DNA of 64,000 nt from Escherichia coli (GCF_029227855.1 NZ_CP074356.1); one strand, 5' to 3'. Numbered from the stretch's first letter, positions 35,317 through 50,173 are shown. Numbers and translations: made by a program. Notes: a model not told the origin generated them from the letters alone.

Positions 35317-35988
35317 ATGAAGATTTTACTTATTGAAGATAATCAAAGGACCCAGGAGTGGGTAACGCAGGGGCTTTCCGAAGCGGGTTATGTCATTGAT
35401 GCCGTTTCTGATGGCAGAGATGGGCTTTATCTTGCGCTGAAGGATGATTATGCATTGATCATTCTGGATATTATGCTTCCGGGTATGGATGGCTGGCAGA
35501 TCTTACAAACGTTAAGAACAGCAAAGCAAACCCCTGTTATTTGCCTTACTGCAAGGGATTCTGTCGATGACAGAGTCAGAGGGCTGGACAGTGGAGCAAA
35601 TGATTATCTGGTAAAACCTTTTTCATTTTCTGAGTTGCTGGCAAGGGTTCGGGCACAATTAAGGCAACATCACGCTTTGAATTCAACATTAGAAATCAGT
35701 GGCTTAAGAATGGACTCTGTTAGTCAAAGTGTGAGCAGGGACAATATCAGTATTACACTGACGCGCAAGGAGTTTCAGTTACTTTGGCTACTGGCCTCCA
35801 GAGCTGGCGAGATTATCCCCAGAACGGTTATTGCGAGTGAAATTTGGGGAATCAACTTTGATAGTGATACCAATACGGTGGACGTCGCCATTCGCAGGCT
35901 CCGCGCAAAAGTTGATGATCCTTTTCCTGAAAAGCTAATCGCCACAATCCGGGGGATGGGCTATTCATTCGTAGCGGTAAAAAAATAA
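35317..35988 (+). CDS. hprR: Response regulator HprR (YedW), OmpR family
   Basis: 223 aa from the ATG at 35317. MKILLIEDNQRTQEWVTQGLSEAGYVIDAVSDGRDG... Confidence 0.93.
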   Translation: MKILLIEDNQRTQEWVTQGLSEAGYVIDAVSDGRDGLYLALKDDYALIILDIMLPGMDGWQILQTLRTAKQTPVICLTARDSVDDRVRGLDSGANDYLVKPFSFSELLARVRAQLRQHHALNSTLEISGLRMDSVSQSVSRDNISITLTRKEFQLLWLLASRAGEIIPRTVIASEIWGINFDSDTNTVDVAIRRLRAKVDDPFPEKLIATIRGMGYSFVAVKK

Positions 35989-37346
35989 TGAAAAGATTAT
36001 CTATAACCGTCCGTTTAACCTTGCTTTTTATATTGCTGCTGTCTGTTGCTGGCGCTGGAATTGTCTGGACTCTCTATAATGGCCTGGCAAGTGAGTTGAA
36101 ATGGCGCGATGATACAACACTCATTAACCGGACAGCGCAGATCAAGCAGTTGTTAATTGATGGGGTAAATCCAGATACGTTACCTGTGTACTTTAACCGG
36201 ATGATGGATGTTAGTCAGGATATCTTGATCATTCATGGTGATAGCATCAACAAAATTGTTAACCGGACGAATGTCAGTGATGACATGTTAAATAACATAC
36301 CTGCTACTGAGACAATCAGCGCAGCTGGCATTTACAGAAGCATTATTAATGATACAGAGATAGATGCTTTACGAATTAATATTGATGAAGTTTCGCCATC
36401 ATTAACGGTTACTGTGGCTAAATTGGCTTCAGCCAGACATAACATGCTTGAACAGTATAAAATTAATAGCATTATAATTTGCATTGTCGCCATTATACTT
36501 TGCTCAGTATTAAGTCCGCTGTTAATCAGAACGGGGTTACGAGAGATCAAAAAGTTGAGTGGTGTAACGGAAGCGCTGAATTATAACGATAACCGGGAGC
36601 CTGTTGAGGTTAGCGCATTACCGAGAGAACTAAAACCTCTTGGGCAGGCGTTGAATAAAATGCACCAAGCCTTAGTCAAAGATTTTGAACGCCTAAGTCA
36701 ATTTGCTGACGATCTCGCTCATGAACTTAGAACGCCAATTAATGCATTACTGGGTCAGAATCAGGTTACGCTCAGTCAAACCAGAAGTATCGCTGAATAT
36801 CAAAAAACAATTGCCGGAAACATTGAAGAGCTGGAAAATATTTCGCGGTTAACAGAGAACATACTGTTTCTTGCCAGGGCAGATAAAAACAATGTTTTGG
36901 TGAAACTGGATTCGCTTTCTCTCAATAAGGAAGTCGAAAATTTGTTGGACTATCTTGAATACCTTTCAGACGAGAAAGAGATTTGCTTTAAGGTCGAGTG
37001 CAATCAGCAAATTTTTGCGGATAAAATTTTACTGCAACGAATGTTATCGAATCTTATTGTTAACGCTATTCGATATTCACCAGAAAAATCGCGCATTCTT
37101 ATAACCAGTTTTCTTGATACCAACGGCTCTCTTAATATTGATATCGCCAGCCCTGGAACGAAAATTAATGAGCCTGAAAAACTCTTCCGTAGATTTTGGC
37201 GCGGAGATAATTCGCGTCATTCCGTAGGTCAGGGACTTGGTCTTTCTTTAGTCAAAGCGATTGCCGAATTGCATGGAGGAAGTGCTACGTATCACTATCT
37301 CAATAAGCTTAATGTGTTCCGGATTACGTTACCGCAAAGAAATTAA
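35988..37346 (+). CDS. hprS: Sensor histidine kinase HprS (YedV)
   Basis: 452 aa. TAATG overlap with hprR. H-box FADDLAHELRTPINAL. Confidence 0.93.
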   Translation: MKRLSITVRLTLLFILLLSVAGAGIVWTLYNGLASELKWRDDTTLINRTAQIKQLLIDGVNPDTLPVYFNRMMDVSQDILIIHGDSINKIVNRTNVSDDMLNNIPATETISAAGIYRSIINDTEIDALRINIDEVSPSLTVTVAKLASARHNMLEQYKINSIIICIVAIILCSVLSPLLIRTGLREIKKLSGVTEALNYNDNREPVEVSALPRELKPLGQALNKMHQALVKDFERLSQFADDLAHELRTPINALLGQNQVTLSQTRSIAEYQKTIAGNIEELENISRLTENILFLARADKNNVLVKLDSLSLNKEVENLLDYLEYLSDEKEICFKVECNQQIFADKILLQRMLSNLIVNAIRYSPEKSRILITSFLDTNGSLNIDIASPGTKINEPEKLFRRFWRGDNSRHSVGQGLGLSLVKAIAELHGGSATYHYLNKLNVFRITLPQRN

Positions 37347-37453
37347 CATAGGGCTTCAGTACGCCATAAATTAACCGTGAAAAAACGCAGCCACGTCGTG
37401 AGTACTAACGCAGCTGCGATTGATTATGCGCTTACATTCAAACGTAACAGGGA

Positions 37454-38305
37454 TTAACCCGCGTAAGCTGCCAGCATTTCCTGCGCCGCCAGTTTACCCA
37501 ACGCATTCGCTGCGAAAGGACTGTCGCCGGTGAGAACTTTACGGTCCTTATGTACTCGCCCGGTGATGTCGTCATTAATAATGTTCATGCCCATTTTCTT
37601 CAGCTCTTCGCCGAAGTACCAGGTGAGATGACCCGGCATATAGCCTATCTCTGGCGTTTGTTTGTCTGCGGCGTCTGGGAATGCGCAAATGGAATAACCA
37701 TTCAGTGGGTTATCGCCGTGGCGAAGCGCCAGAAAAGCCGCCGGGCCGTGGCAAAGGGAGATAACAAAACGGTCATTTTTGATTGCCCACTGTAAAGCGG
37801 CAGCCACGTCCTGGCTTTCAGGTAAACCAATAAGTGCGCCATGACCACCAGGAACAAAGATTGCTGCATATTCGCTGTCTGCGTTGAGGCTGGCGACAAC
37901 ATCCGCGAGTTTCTTCGGATTGCGGAACAACGATTTATGCTGCTCAAAGAATGGCATTACTTTTTCATCTTTGTGCGGCATAGCCCAGTATTCAAACTTG
38001 GTCATCAGACCGGAAATGGTCGCCACTTCGAATTCGAAACCTGCAGCGTGGAGATGATACAACGGCAGCAACGTTTCAATCGGATGGTTACCGGTCGAGA
38101 ACAGTTTTCCGTTATCGGTCGGCAAATAACGTTCGTCCGCGGCGATCACCAGAATTTTATGTTTACCGCGATACGGTTTTGGATAGTCCACGCCATCAAG
38201 ATCAGAGACAGGACTGGTATATTGGCTAAGCGAATATTCTGAAGGGAAGAATGCATTATCTTCAGCAATATCGACCTGCGGATTTTTACTTGTTTGAACA
38301 GTCAT
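37454..38305 (-). CDS. hchA: Hsp31 glyoxalase III / protein deglycase HchA
   Basis: 283 aa. MTVQTSKNPQVDIAEDNAFFPSEYSLSQYTSPVSDLDG... Confidence 0.95.
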   Translation of the reverse strand: MTVQTSKNPQVDIAEDNAFFPSEYSLSQYTSPVSDLDGVDYPKPYRGKHKILVIAADERYLPTDNGKLFSTGNHPIETLLPLYHLHAAGFEFEVATISGLMTKFEYWAMPHKDEKVMPFFEQHKSLFRNPKKLADVVASLNADSEYAAIFVPGGHGALIGLPESQDVAAALQWAIKNDRFVISLCHGPAAFLALRHGDNPLNGYSICAFPDAADKQTPEIGYMPGHLTWYFGEELKKMGMNIINDDITGRVHKDRKVLTGDSPFAANALGKLAAQEMLAAYAG

Positions 38306-38816
38306 AGTGTATTCCTTATTGTTGCTTAGTTAGGGTAGTCACTATATTTGCGACTGAGCTGGTCGCTATTTTTAACCAGGCTGGAAAATTGAGTCAATAT
38401 ATCGAAAGCGGTAGTCGGCGGGTGTAAGTATGTAATGATGATGCTGCACTGGTGTTGAATATTATTCACGCCAAATTTTCCTTATTGAGCTACGTCGTCG
38501 CAAGTGGCCTCAATGATTTTAGACCATTATCAGAGGTACGGGGCGGCGGGGAGAGATTTAGTGCTGTGGAATATTGTGGTGCTGATGAATATTTATATCC
38601 CGGATTGGTAGAGAAAAAGCTTTTTCTATGCACTTTTTTTGCAAATATTTCTGTATGGGAGGCGGTTTTGTTGCAGATTAATTCATAAAGAAATGCATTT
38701 GGGTGTTGGCTGGAAGAGTCGCGGGTAGATGTTATTGTGCCAGCAGGGGCAGGGTAAGGTACTGTATCGATATGCTTTGGCAATTGCATGTGCCGCAGAG
38801 GGAGATGAAATGCCAA

Positions 38817-38853
38817 TAAAAAAGCCTGAGTTCGATGAGGGACGAACTCAGGC
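38817..38853 (-). terminator. Rho-independent terminator of the porin gene
   Basis: GCCTGAGTTCG (38824-38834) pairs with CGAACTCAGGC (38843-38853). The A-run at 38817-38823 gives a U-tract on the minus strand. Confidence 0.75.
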
Positions 38854-38896
38854 TAGTGTTAACTTTTACAGTAACACGCCGCGGCGCGTTGGCTGA

Positions 38897-40090
38897 TTAG
38901 AACTGGTAGACTAAGCCCACAGCAACGATATCATCGGTAGCGATGCCGTTTGCTTTGTAGAAGTCGTCGTCGTTGTCCAGCAGGTTGATTTTGTAATCAA
39001 CGTAGGTGGACATGTTTTTGTTGAAGTAGTAAGTCGCACCAATATCAACGTATTTAACCAGATCTTTATTGGTGTAACGTGGGTCGCCGTTGCCGTCATG
39101 AGCCCAACCACCTAAATCCTTACCTTTAGATTGCAGGTAAGCGATGGACGGGCGTAGGCCGAAGTCGAACTGATACTGAGCAACAACTTCAAAGTTTTGG
39201 GTTTTGTTCGCAATACCACCTCTGTCAATGTCGTTATTGTCTTTTCCGCTGCCATATGCAGTCATATTACGTGTTTCTGCATACATTGCCGCTAAATAGA
39301 CATTATTCGCATCATATTTAGCACCGACTGTCCATGCTTCAGCTGTTTCACCACCAGCATATTTATTCGAGCGTTGCTCACCTAAACCAGTAGCACGTTG
39401 GTTATCAGTACGGTCAGAGTTTGAATATGCAGCCCCGAGGCTTAACCCGAAGTCAAAGTCATAGGAAGTGGACATACCGAAACCGTCACCATTTTCTTTA
39501 GACAGTTTACGATTATTACCATTACCAGAACCTTCTTGATCCCAAAGCCCACCCGATCCTTCATTATTACCCTGATATTGCAGAGCAAAGTTCAGGCCAT
39601 CGACCTGACCAAAGAAGCCATTGTTACGGTAGGTTGCAACACCATTAGCACGACCGTTCATGAAGTTGTCGGCACCAGCATAGGTATCGCCACCAAATTC
39701 TGGCAGCATATCGGTCCATGCTTCGATGTCATATACGACACCGTAGTTACGACCATAGTCGAAAGTACCATTCTGACCAAAGCCTAAACCTGCAAATGCC
39801 AGACGCGTTGCGGTATTACCTTTGTCGCTTTCAGGACCGTTTGCGCCAATGTTAAATTCCCACTGACCATAACCAGTGAATTGGTCAGCGATCTGAGTTT
39901 CACCTTTGAAACCGATACGGGCATATGACATGTCGCCATCGCTGCCAGCATCATCAGAGAAGTAGTGCAGGCCCGCTACTTTTCCGTACAAATCCAGTTT
40001 ATTACCATCTTTATTATAGACTTCAGCCGCATTTGCTGCGCCAGCAACTAATAACGCCGGGACCAGCATTGCCAGAACTTTTCTTTTCAT
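38897..40090 (-). CDS. yedS: OmpC/OmpF-family general porin (intact yedS allele)
   Basis: 397 aa from the ATG at 40090. [38 protein letters not shown]...VGLVYQF. It sits at the yedS position between hchA and yedR. Confidence 0.88.
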   Translation of the reverse strand: MKRKVLAMLVPALLVAGAANAAEVYNKDGNKLDLYGKVAGLHYFSDDAGSDGDMSYARIGFKGETQIADQFTGYGQWEFNIGANGPESDKGNTATRLAFAGLGFGQNGTFDYGRNYGVVYDIEAWTDMLPEFGGDTYAGADNFMNGRANGVATYRNNGFFGQVDGLNFALQYQGNNEGSGGLWDQEGSGNGNNRKLSKENGDGFGMSTSYDFDFGLSLGAAYSNSDRTDNQRATGLGEQRSNKYAGGETAEAWTVGAKYDANNVYLAAMYAETRNMTAYGSGKDNNDIDRGGIANKTQNFEVVAQYQFDFGLRPSIAYLQSKGKDLGGWAHDGNGDPRYTNKDLVKYVDIGATYYFNKNMSTYVDYKINLLDNDDDFYKANGIATDDIVAVGLVYQF

Positions 40091-40402
40091 TATGTATTCC
40101 CTTGTGATTATAATCTTCATGAATATATCAATAAGTGCCGTTATCCAAAAAAAAAGCACATTTGGATACTATTCTATGAAGTTCATTTTATTTTAAAGAT
40201 TACATGTAACAAATGTATTTAAAAGATTTCAAAATGTTTCTAATTTATTTAATATAATTCAGAATTATGAATTCTAAATATAAATATTCATGAAAATTAT
40301 AAATGTATATCAATATGTTATGAGTTGAGTGGAAACATGGGGGGTATCAATGAGTGTTGCGCCAAACGGCTGGTGTGATCACGCGCACATTAATGAAGGC
40401 AT

Positions 40403-40492
40403 AAAAAAAGCCGGCATCATGCCGGCCCAAAAAATATAAACAAGACGATAAAAGGCTAATAACGGAGGCATCATGACACAGAAAAATAAAAA
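40403..40492 (-). ncRNA. rseX: Candidate RseX sRNA
   Basis: The minus strand has TTCAAT-18 nt-TACAAT promoter-like hexamers (TACAAT = 40504-40499). About 90 nt downstream lies a terminator (GCCGGCA/TGCCGGC at 40410-40426, plus T7). From memory, K-12 rseX (about 91 nt) lies in the yedR-yedS intergenic region on the yedS strand. I cannot recall its sequence to confirm. Confidence 0.4.
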
Positions 40493-40719
40493 GGTATAAT
40501 TGTAATCAGTGCTAATATATTGATTGAATGAATTAATAAAGCCGATATCAAAGATAAATAAAATCGCTCAAAACGATTTTTCCTGTATTCACTGCCATTG
40601 CGCAAAAGTTATCTATTTGTTCAAAAAATGATTGAGTCTTGACTGGCTCATCCAATGTGGAAAAATGTGACTTTTATCACATAATAGTACTAAGTCTGAA
40701 TTTTCCGGGTTATCTCAAA

Positions 40720-41022
40720 ATGGAATACGGTTCGACAAAGATGGAAGAGAGACTCTCTCGCAGCCCTGGCGGCAAATTGGCTTTGTGGGCTTTCTATACA
40801 TGGTGTGGCTATTTTGTCTGGGCAATGGCGCGTTACATCTGGGTGATGAGCCGGATCCCCGATGCCCCCGTGTCGGGATTTGAAAGCGATTTAGGCTCTA
40901 CCGCGGGAAAGTGGTTAGGGGCACTGGTCGGATTTTTATTTATGGCTCTGGTCGGGGCATTGTTAGGCAGCATTGCCTGGTATACCCGACCTCGTCCCGC
41001 ACGTAGCAGACGCTATGAATAA
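40720..41022 (+). CDS. yedR: Small inner-membrane protein YedR
   Basis: MEYGSTKMEERLSRSPGGKLALWAFYTWCGYFVWAMARYIW... The start is uncertain among several ATGs. Confidence 0.8.
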   Translation: MEYGSTKMEERLSRSPGGKLALWAFYTWCGYFVWAMARYIWVMSRIPDAPVSGFESDLGSTAGKWLGALVGFLFMALVGALLGSIAWYTRPRPARSRRYE

Positions 41023-41061
41023 AAACTGCTAAGGTTGCGACTCTTTGGCAACGGGGCGCGT

Positions 41062-41757
41062 ATGGACGTACAACACTGGCAGGCACAGTTCGAAAACTGG
41101 TTGAAAAACCATCATCAGCACCAGGACGCGGCCCATGACGTATGTCATTTTCGCCGTGTCTGGGCTACGGCACAGAAGCTGGCGGCAGATGACGATGTCG
41201 ATATGCTGGTGATTTTAACCGCCTGTTATTTTCACGATATTGTGAGCCTGGCGAAAGATCATCCGCAACGGCAGCGTTCTTCAATCCTGGCGGCAGAAGA
41301 GACGCGTCGCCTGCTCCGTGAAGAGTTCGTGCAATTTCCGGCGGAGAAAATCGAGGCCGTTTGTCATGCCATTGCCGCTCACAGTTTCAGCGCGCAAATC
41401 GCCCCCTTAACAACGGAAGCTAAAATCGTCCAGGATGCGGATCGGCTGGAAGCCCTGGGGGCGATTGGCCTGGCGCGCGTGTTTGCCGTTTCAGGGGCAT
41501 TGGGCGTGGCGCTGTTTGATGGCGAAGATCCGTTCGCACAGCATCGCCCGCTGGATGATAAACGCTACGCGCTGGATCATTTCCAGACTAAGTTGCTGAA
41601 GCTACCGCAAACCATGCAAACCGCAAGAGGCAAGCAGCTGGCGCAGCACAACGCGCAATTTTTAGTCGAGTTTATGGCGAAGCTCAGTGCCGAACTGGCG
41701 GGGGAGAATGAAGGTGTCGATCACAAGGTGATAGATGCGTTTTCACCCGCGGGCTGA
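41062..41757 (+). CDS. yedJ: HD-domain phosphohydrolase YedJ
   Basis: 231 aa. [34 protein letters not shown]... Confidence 0.9.
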   Translation: MDVQHWQAQFENWLKNHHQHQDAAHDVCHFRRVWATAQKLAADDDVDMLVILTACYFHDIVSLAKDHPQRQRSSILAAEETRRLLREEFVQFPAEKIEAVCHAIAAHSFSAQIAPLTTEAKIVQDADRLEALGAIGLARVFAVSGALGVALFDGEDPFAQHRPLDDKRYALDHFQTKLLKLPQTMQTARGKQLAQHNAQFLVEFMAKLSAELAGENEGVDHKVIDAFSPAG

Positions 41758-41823
41758 GCGCGTGGCCCTAAATGGCTGTAATTATGTTAACCTGTCGGCC
41801 ATCTCAGATGGCCGGTTAAATCT

Positions 41824-43242
41824 ATGCAGGAAAATATATCAGTAACCGATTCATACAGCACCGGGAATGCCGCACAGGCAATGCTGGAGAAACTGCTGCA
41901 AATTTATGATGTTAAAACGCTGGTGGCGCAGCTTAATGGTGTGGGTGAGAATCACTGGAGCGCGGCAATTTTAAAACGTGCACTGGCGAATGACTCGGCA
42001 TGGCACCGTTTAAGTGAGAAAGAGTTCGCCCATCTGCAAACGTTGTTACCCAAACCACCGGCACATCATCCGCATTATGCGTTTCGCTTTATCGATCTAT
42101 TCGCCGGAATTGGCGGCATTCGTCGCGGTTTTGAATCGATTGGCGGACAGTGCGTGTTTACCAGCGAATGGAACAAACATGCGGTTCGCACTTATAAAGC
42201 CAACCATTATTGCGATCCGGCGACGCATCATTTTAATGAAGATATCCGCGACATCACCCTCAGCCATAAAGAAGGCGTGAGTGATGAGGCGGCGGCGGAA
42301 CATATTCGTCAACACATTCCTGAACACGATGTATTACTGGCGGGTTTTCCTTGTCAGCCATTTTCGTTGGCTGGCGTATCGAAAAAGAACTCGCTCGGGC
42401 GGGCGCACGGTTTTGCCTGCGATACCCAGGGCACGCTGTTCTTTGATGTGGTGCGCATTATCGACGCGCGTCGTCCGGCGATGTTTGTGCTCGAAAACGT
42501 CAAAAACCTGAAAAGTCACGATAAAGGAAAAACGTTCCGCATCATCATGCAGACGCTGGACGAACTGGGCTATGACGTGGCTGATGCAGAAGATAACGGG
42601 CCAGACGATCCGAAAATCATCGACGGCAAACATTTTCTGCCGCAGCACCGTGAACGCATCGTGCTGGTGGGGTTTCGTCGCGATCTGAATCTGAAAGCCG
42701 ATTTTACCCTGCGTGATATCAGCGAATGTTTCCCTGCGCAGCGAGTGACGCTGGCGCAGCTGCTGGACCCGATGGTCGAGGCGAAATATATCCTGACGCC
42801 GGTGCTGTGGAAGTACCTCTATCGATATGCGAAAAAACATCAGGCGCGCGGTAACGGCTTCGGTTATGGAATGGTTTATCCGAACAATCCGCAAAGCGTC
42901 ACGCGTACGCTGTCTGCGCGTTATTACAAAGATGGCGCGGAAATTTTAATCGATCGCGGCTGGGATATGGCCACGGGTGAAAAAGACTTTGACGATCCGC
43001 TGAATCAGCAACATCGTCCACGTCGGTTAACGCCTCGTGAATGTGCGCGCTTAATGGGTTTTGAAGCGCCGGGAGAAGCGAAATTCCGCATTCCGGTTTC
43101 GGACACTCAGGCCTATCGCCAGTTCGGTAACTCGGTGGTCGTACCGGTCTTTGCCGCGGTGGCAAAACTGCTTGAGCCAAAAATCAAACAGGCGGTGGCG
43201 TTGCGTCAGCAAGAGGCACAACATGGCCGACGTTCACGATAA
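41824..43242 (+). CDS. dcm: DNA cytosine-5 methyltransferase Dcm
   Basis: 472 aa. [23 protein letters not shown] and ENVKNL motifs. Confidence 0.95.
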   Translation: MQENISVTDSYSTGNAAQAMLEKLLQIYDVKTLVAQLNGVGENHWSAAILKRALANDSAWHRLSEKEFAHLQTLLPKPPAHHPHYAFRFIDLFAGIGGIRRGFESIGGQCVFTSEWNKHAVRTYKANHYCDPATHHFNEDIRDITLSHKEGVSDEAAAEHIRQHIPEHDVLLAGFPCQPFSLAGVSKKNSLGRAHGFACDTQGTLFFDVVRIIDARRPAMFVLENVKNLKSHDKGKTFRIIMQTLDELGYDVADAEDNGPDDPKIIDGKHFLPQHRERIVLVGFRRDLNLKADFTLRDISECFPAQRVTLAQLLDPMVEAKYILTPVLWKYLYRYAKKHQARGNGFGYGMVYPNNPQSVTRTLSARYYKDGAEILIDRGWDMATGEKDFDDPLNQQHRPRRLTPRECARLMGFEAPGEAKFRIPVSDTQAYRQFGNSVVVPVFAAVAKLLEPKIKQAVALRQQEAQHGRRSR

Positions 43243-43693
43243 GGCCACTCGCAGCAAAAATATGCGCGCGATTGCCACGCGTGATACGGCGATTGAGAAG
43301 CGCCTCGCCAGTCTGTTAACCGGGCTGGGCCTGGCGTTTCGCGTTCAGGACGCCAGTCTGCCCGGACGCCCGGATTTTGTCGTTGATGAATATCGCTGCG
43401 TGATATTTACCCACGGCTGCTTCTGGCACCATCATCACTGCTATTTGTTTAAAGTGCCTGCGACTCGAACCGAGTTCTGGCTGGAGAAGATAGGTAAAAA
43501 TGTTGAACGCGATCGCCGCGATATCAGTCGCTTGCAGGAACTCGGCTGGCGCGTATTGATTGTCTGGGAGTGTGCGTTACGTGGGCGCGAGAAGCTGACG
43601 GATGAAGCGCTTAGCGAGCGTCTGGAAGAGTGGATCTGCGGCGAAGGTGCCAGCGCGCAGATCGACACGCAGGGGATTCATTTACTCGCTTGA
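43223..43693 (+). CDS. vsr: Very-short-patch repair endonuclease Vsr
   Basis: 156 aa. [32 protein letters not shown]... The 20-nt overlap with the dcm 3' end is the known arrangement. Confidence 0.95.
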   Translation: MADVHDKATRSKNMRAIATRDTAIEKRLASLLTGLGLAFRVQDASLPGRPDFVVDEYRCVIFTHGCFWHHHHCYLFKVPATRTEFWLEKIGKNVERDRRDISRLQELGWRVLIVWECALRGREKLTDEALSERLEEWICGEGASAQIDTQGIHLLA

Positions 43694-44602
43694 TGCGTCC
43701 TGAATAACGGGCGCAACTACGGGTTTTGCCGGGAAGAGATATTTTCCCAACGTGACCAGTAACACCGCGAAGACAATCACGCCGAGCGCCAGCCATTCAA
43801 TCTTCGACAGCGTCTCTCCGCCCAGTCCCGTACCCAGCAAGACCGCGACCACCGGGTTAACGTAGGCGTAGCTGGTGGCGAGAGCCGGACTGACGTTGCG
43901 GATTAAATACATATAAGCGTTAATGGCGATAATCGAACCAAACAGCGCCAGATAGCCGACCGCAAGGAAGCCTGAAAGGGAAGGGAGCGCCGTCAGTTTT
44001 TCACCCGCAATCATCGACGCGATCATTAACACCACGCCTGCCGCCAGCATCTCAATCGCACCCGCCATCATCCCTACAGGTAAGGTAATGCGCGAGCCAT
44101 AAACCGAGCCAAACGCCCAGCTAATCGAGCCGATTAAAATCAGAATCGCGCCCCACGGATTGCCGCTTAAATTTCCACCGCTATTGAGCATGATGATTCC
44201 GGCAAGCCCAATGGCGATACCCACCCATTCCAGTTTGCGCGTTTTAATGCCAAACAGGCGGCTGAAGCACAGGGTAAAGAGGGGCACGGTTGCAACCACT
44301 ACGGCGGCGATGCCGGAAGGAACATTTTGATGCTCGGCAACCGTCACCATGCCATTACCGACAGCCAATAATAACAGGCCAATCAGTGCGGCATTGAGCA
44401 GCGGACGTAGCGGGGGGAGTTTGTGTCCGCGTAGTAGCAAAAATGCCAGCAATAAAATACCGGCTGCCAGGAATCGAACGCCCGCCATCATTAACGGCGG
44501 CCAGCTTTCCACGCCAATCCGAATGACAAAATAGGTTGAGCCCCAAATGATATACAACGCAAACAGCGCGCCAAAAAGCGGTAACAACTGGCGGAAACGC
44601 AT
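43682..44602 (-). CDS. yedA: EamA/DMT-family transporter YedA
   Basis: 306 aa, polytopic. MRFRQLLPLFGALFALYIIWGSTYFVIRIG... Confidence 0.93.
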   Translation of the reverse strand: MRFRQLLPLFGALFALYIIWGSTYFVIRIGVESWPPLMMAGVRFLAAGILLLAFLLLRGHKLPPLRPLLNAALIGLLLLAVGNGMVTVAEHQNVPSGIAAVVVATVPLFTLCFSRLFGIKTRKLEWVGIAIGLAGIIMLNSGGNLSGNPWGAILILIGSISWAFGSVYGSRITLPVGMMAGAIEMLAAGVVLMIASMIAGEKLTALPSLSGFLAVGYLALFGSIIAINAYMYLIRNVSPALATSYAYVNPVVAVLLGTGLGGETLSKIEWLALGVIVFAVLLVTLGKYLFPAKPVVAPVIQDASSE

Positions 44603-44774
44603 AATCCCTCACGGTGGAAATAAAAAGGTGGTTCATAGTAAACGTGAAAATCATTCTGCTGGCGAGAGATATAATTGCACTTGATTGTTAAAAAAATGTT
44701 GACCTGTGAAGCAAGTATCAGAGCTGCCGTTTTTGCTTCATACTTACACCCTTCAACAATAAAAATGAGAGGGA

Positions 44775-45692
44775 ATGCTTTTGGCCGGGAGTAGTTTACT
44801 GACGTTGCTCGATGATATCGCCACACTGCTGGACGATATCTCCGTGATGGGCAAACTGGCGGCGAAGAAAACCGCCGGTGTATTAGGGGATGACTTATCG
44901 CTCAATGCGCAACAAGTTTCAGGCGTGCGGGCCAACCGGGAACTTCCCGTGGTCTGGGGCGTGGCGAAAGGATCGCTGATCAATAAAGTGATTCTGGTGC
45001 CGCTGGCGCTGATCATCAGTGCGTTTATCCCGTGGGCGATTACGCCACTGTTGATGATTGGCGGCGCGTTTCTCTGCTTTGAAGGGGTAGAGAAAGTGCT
45101 GCATATGCTGGAGGCGCGTAAACATAAAGAAGATCCGGCGCAGAGTCAGCAGCGTCTGGAGAAGCTGGCGGCGCAGGATCCGCTGAAGTTTGAAAAAGAC
45201 AAAATAAAAGGGGCGATTCGTACCGATTTTATATTGTCTGCGGAAATCGTCGCCATCACGCTGGGGATTGTGGCAGAAGCGCCGTTGCTTAATCAGGTGC
45301 TGGTGCTTTCAGGCATCGCGCTGGTAGTGACCGTGGGCGTCTACGGTCTGGTAGGGGTTATCGTTAAGATTGATGACCTGGGGTATTGGCTGGTGGAAAA
45401 ATCCAGCGCGCTGATGCAGGCATTAGGTAAAGGGTTATTGATCATTGCGCCCTGGTTGATGAAGGCGTTATCGATTGTCGGCACGCTGGCGATGTTCCTC
45501 GTCGGCGGCGGGATTGTGGTACATGGTATTGCGCCGCTGCATCACGCCATTGAACATTTCGCCGGGCAGCAAAGTGCGGTGGTGGCGATGATATTACCGA
45601 CTGTTATAAATCTGATTCTTGGATTTATCATCGGCGGCATCGTGGTGCTGGGAGTGAAAGCAGTAGCGAAAATGCGCGGTCAGGCACATTAA
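44775..45692 (+). CDS. yedI: DUF808 inner-membrane protein YedI
   Basis: 305 aa. [41 protein letters not shown]... Confidence 0.92.
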   Translation: MLLAGSSLLTLLDDIATLLDDISVMGKLAAKKTAGVLGDDLSLNAQQVSGVRANRELPVVWGVAKGSLINKVILVPLALIISAFIPWAITPLLMIGGAFLCFEGVEKVLHMLEARKHKEDPAQSQQRLEKLAAQDPLKFEKDKIKGAIRTDFILSAEIVAITLGIVAEAPLLNQVLVLSGIALVVTVGVYGLVGVIVKIDDLGYWLVEKSSALMQALGKGLLIIAPWLMKALSIVGTLAMFLVGGGIVVHGIAPLHHAIEHFAGQQSAVVAMILPTVINLILGFIIGGIVVLGVKAVAKMRGQAH

Positions 45693-45770
45693 TACTCGCA
45701 CTGGCTATTATGCAAAATTCGCCATCTTCAACTAAGGTGAACAAGTTTCACTCGAAAAAAGGAGGCGAGT

Positions 45771-45953
45771 ATGAGCTTTATGGTTAGTGAGGAAGTTACG
45801 GTTAAAGAGGGCGGCCCGCGGATGATTGTCACCGGATACTCCAGCGGTATGGTTGAGTGTCGTTGGTATGACGGTTACGGGGTCAAGCGGGAAGCTTTTC
45901 ATGAAACCGAGCTTGTTCCGGGGGAGGGGAGTCGTTCTGCGGAAGAAGTTTGA
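45771..45953 (+). CDS. yodC: Small protein YodC (DUF2158)
   Basis: 60 aa. MSFMVSEEVTVKEGGPRMIVTGYSSGMVECRWYDGYGVKREAFHETELV... Confidence 0.9.
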   Translation: MSFMVSEEVTVKEGGPRMIVTGYSSGMVECRWYDGYGVKREAFHETELVPGEGSRSAEEV

Positions 45954-46123
45954 AAGGGTATCATTTACACCAGGCCGGATCACATCCGGCCTGGTGTGCC
46001 AATGCCTGCAATGAATGATAGTCGCGTCTTATCATGCCACCATTATAAAATTATCGCTGTTTTGCGGTACGTTATCGCCGGGTTATGCCAGAATCATAAA
46101 AAAGCAGGTTGGGAGTCGTCAGG

Positions 46124-48648
<2,525 letters not shown>

Positions 48649-48827
48649 TTACCAGGATGATTCTCAAAACAGCACAAATTATCAAAGATGATTTTTTCGG
48701 GAGCGATCCCGTTGACGCCAGAGCCACCAAGGGGTGACGCGCGTCACATTTCTATTCATAAGTAGCGTTAATCATTCATATCACGAATATTTTCTTGTCA
48801 GCGAAAAAAATTGCGGATAAGGTGATG

Positions 48828-48914
48828 AACACATCAGATTTCCTGGTGTAACGAATTTTTTAAGTGCTTCTTGCTTAAGCAAGTTTCATCCCGACCCCCT
48901 CAGGGTCGGGATTT
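48828..48914 (+). ncRNA. dsrA: DsrA small regulatory RNA
   Basis: AACACATCAGATTTCCTGGTGTAACGAATTTTTTAAGTGCTTCTTGCTTAAGCAAGTTTCATCCCGACCCCCTCAGGGTCGGGATTTTTTT matches the DsrA sequence from memory, including the terminator hairpin. Confidence 0.93.
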
Positions 48915-48927
48915 TTTTATTGTGCAT

Positions 48928-49155
48928 TCAACGATTCACTTCAGAGACGCTGAAGTCATGAATATCCAGTTCGAAGGCATCCGCCAATTCACGCCATGTA
49001 TGATATTCACGTCCATCGACGCTAACGTGTTCAGAATCGTTCTGGCTGCGATGAACTTCGCTTTCGCTAATTTCATTGATCGCCGCCAGCAGGGCATCGA
49101 CATCGACGCTGACCTCACGTTTTGCGGTATCGCTGTACTCTTTTGCGGTTTTCAT
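48928..49155 (-). CDS. yodD: Stress-induced small protein YodD
   Basis: 75 aa. MKTAKEYSDTAKREVSVDVDALLAAINEISESEV... Confidence 0.9.
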   Translation of the reverse strand: MKTAKEYSDTAKREVSVDVDALLAAINEISESEVHRSQNDSEHVSVDGREYHTWRELADAFELDIHDFSVSEVNR

Positions 49156-49227
49156 CATCTTTCCTCGCAACCGTTACTCTGTTGTTGCCGCCAGTCGTTA
49201 AGTCCGCCTGGCATCTCTTAAGTATAG

Positions 49228-49506
<279 letters not shown>

Positions 49507-49549
49507 TCTAATTCAGCCTGACTGGTGGGAAGCCACCAGTCAGAATGTG

Positions 49550-50173
49550 TTAGCGCATGTTGACAAAAATACCATTAGTCACATTATCCGTCAGTCGGAC
49601 GACATGGTAGATAACCTGTTTATTATGCGTTTTGATCTTACGTTTAATATTACCTTTATGCGATGAAACGGTCTTGGCTTTGATATTCATTTGGTCGGAG
49701 ATTTGAATGGTTCCCTGACCTGCCATCCACATTCGCAACATACTCGATTCGGTTCGGCTCAATGATAACGTCGGCATATTTAAAAACGAGGTTATCGTTG
49801 TCTCTTTTTTCAGAATATCGCCAAGGATATCGTCGAGAGATTCCGGTTTAATCGATTTAGAACTGATCAATAAATTTTTTCTGACCAATAGATATTCATC
49901 AAAATGAACATTGGCAATTGCCATAAAAACGATAAATAACGTATTGGGATGTTGATTAATGATGAGCTTGATACGCTGACTGTTAGAAGCATCGTGGATG
50001 AAACAGTCCTCATTAATAAACACCACTGAAGGGCGCTGTGAATCACAAGCTATGGCAAGGTCATCAACGGTTTCAATGTCGTTGATTTCTCTTTTTTTAA
50101 CCCCTCTACTCAACAGATACCCGGTTAAACCTAGTCGGGTGTAACTACATAAATCCATAATAATCGTTGACAT
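49550..50173 (-). CDS. rcsA: Colanic acid capsule co-activator RcsA (LuxR-type HTH)
   Basis: 207 aa. [38 protein letters not shown]... Confidence 0.95.

Noticed and set aside
38452-38816. Overlapping 78-aa plus-strand and 108-aa minus-strand ORFs between hchA and yedS
   Set aside because: They overlap each other in an intergenic region and show no coding signal I can recognise.
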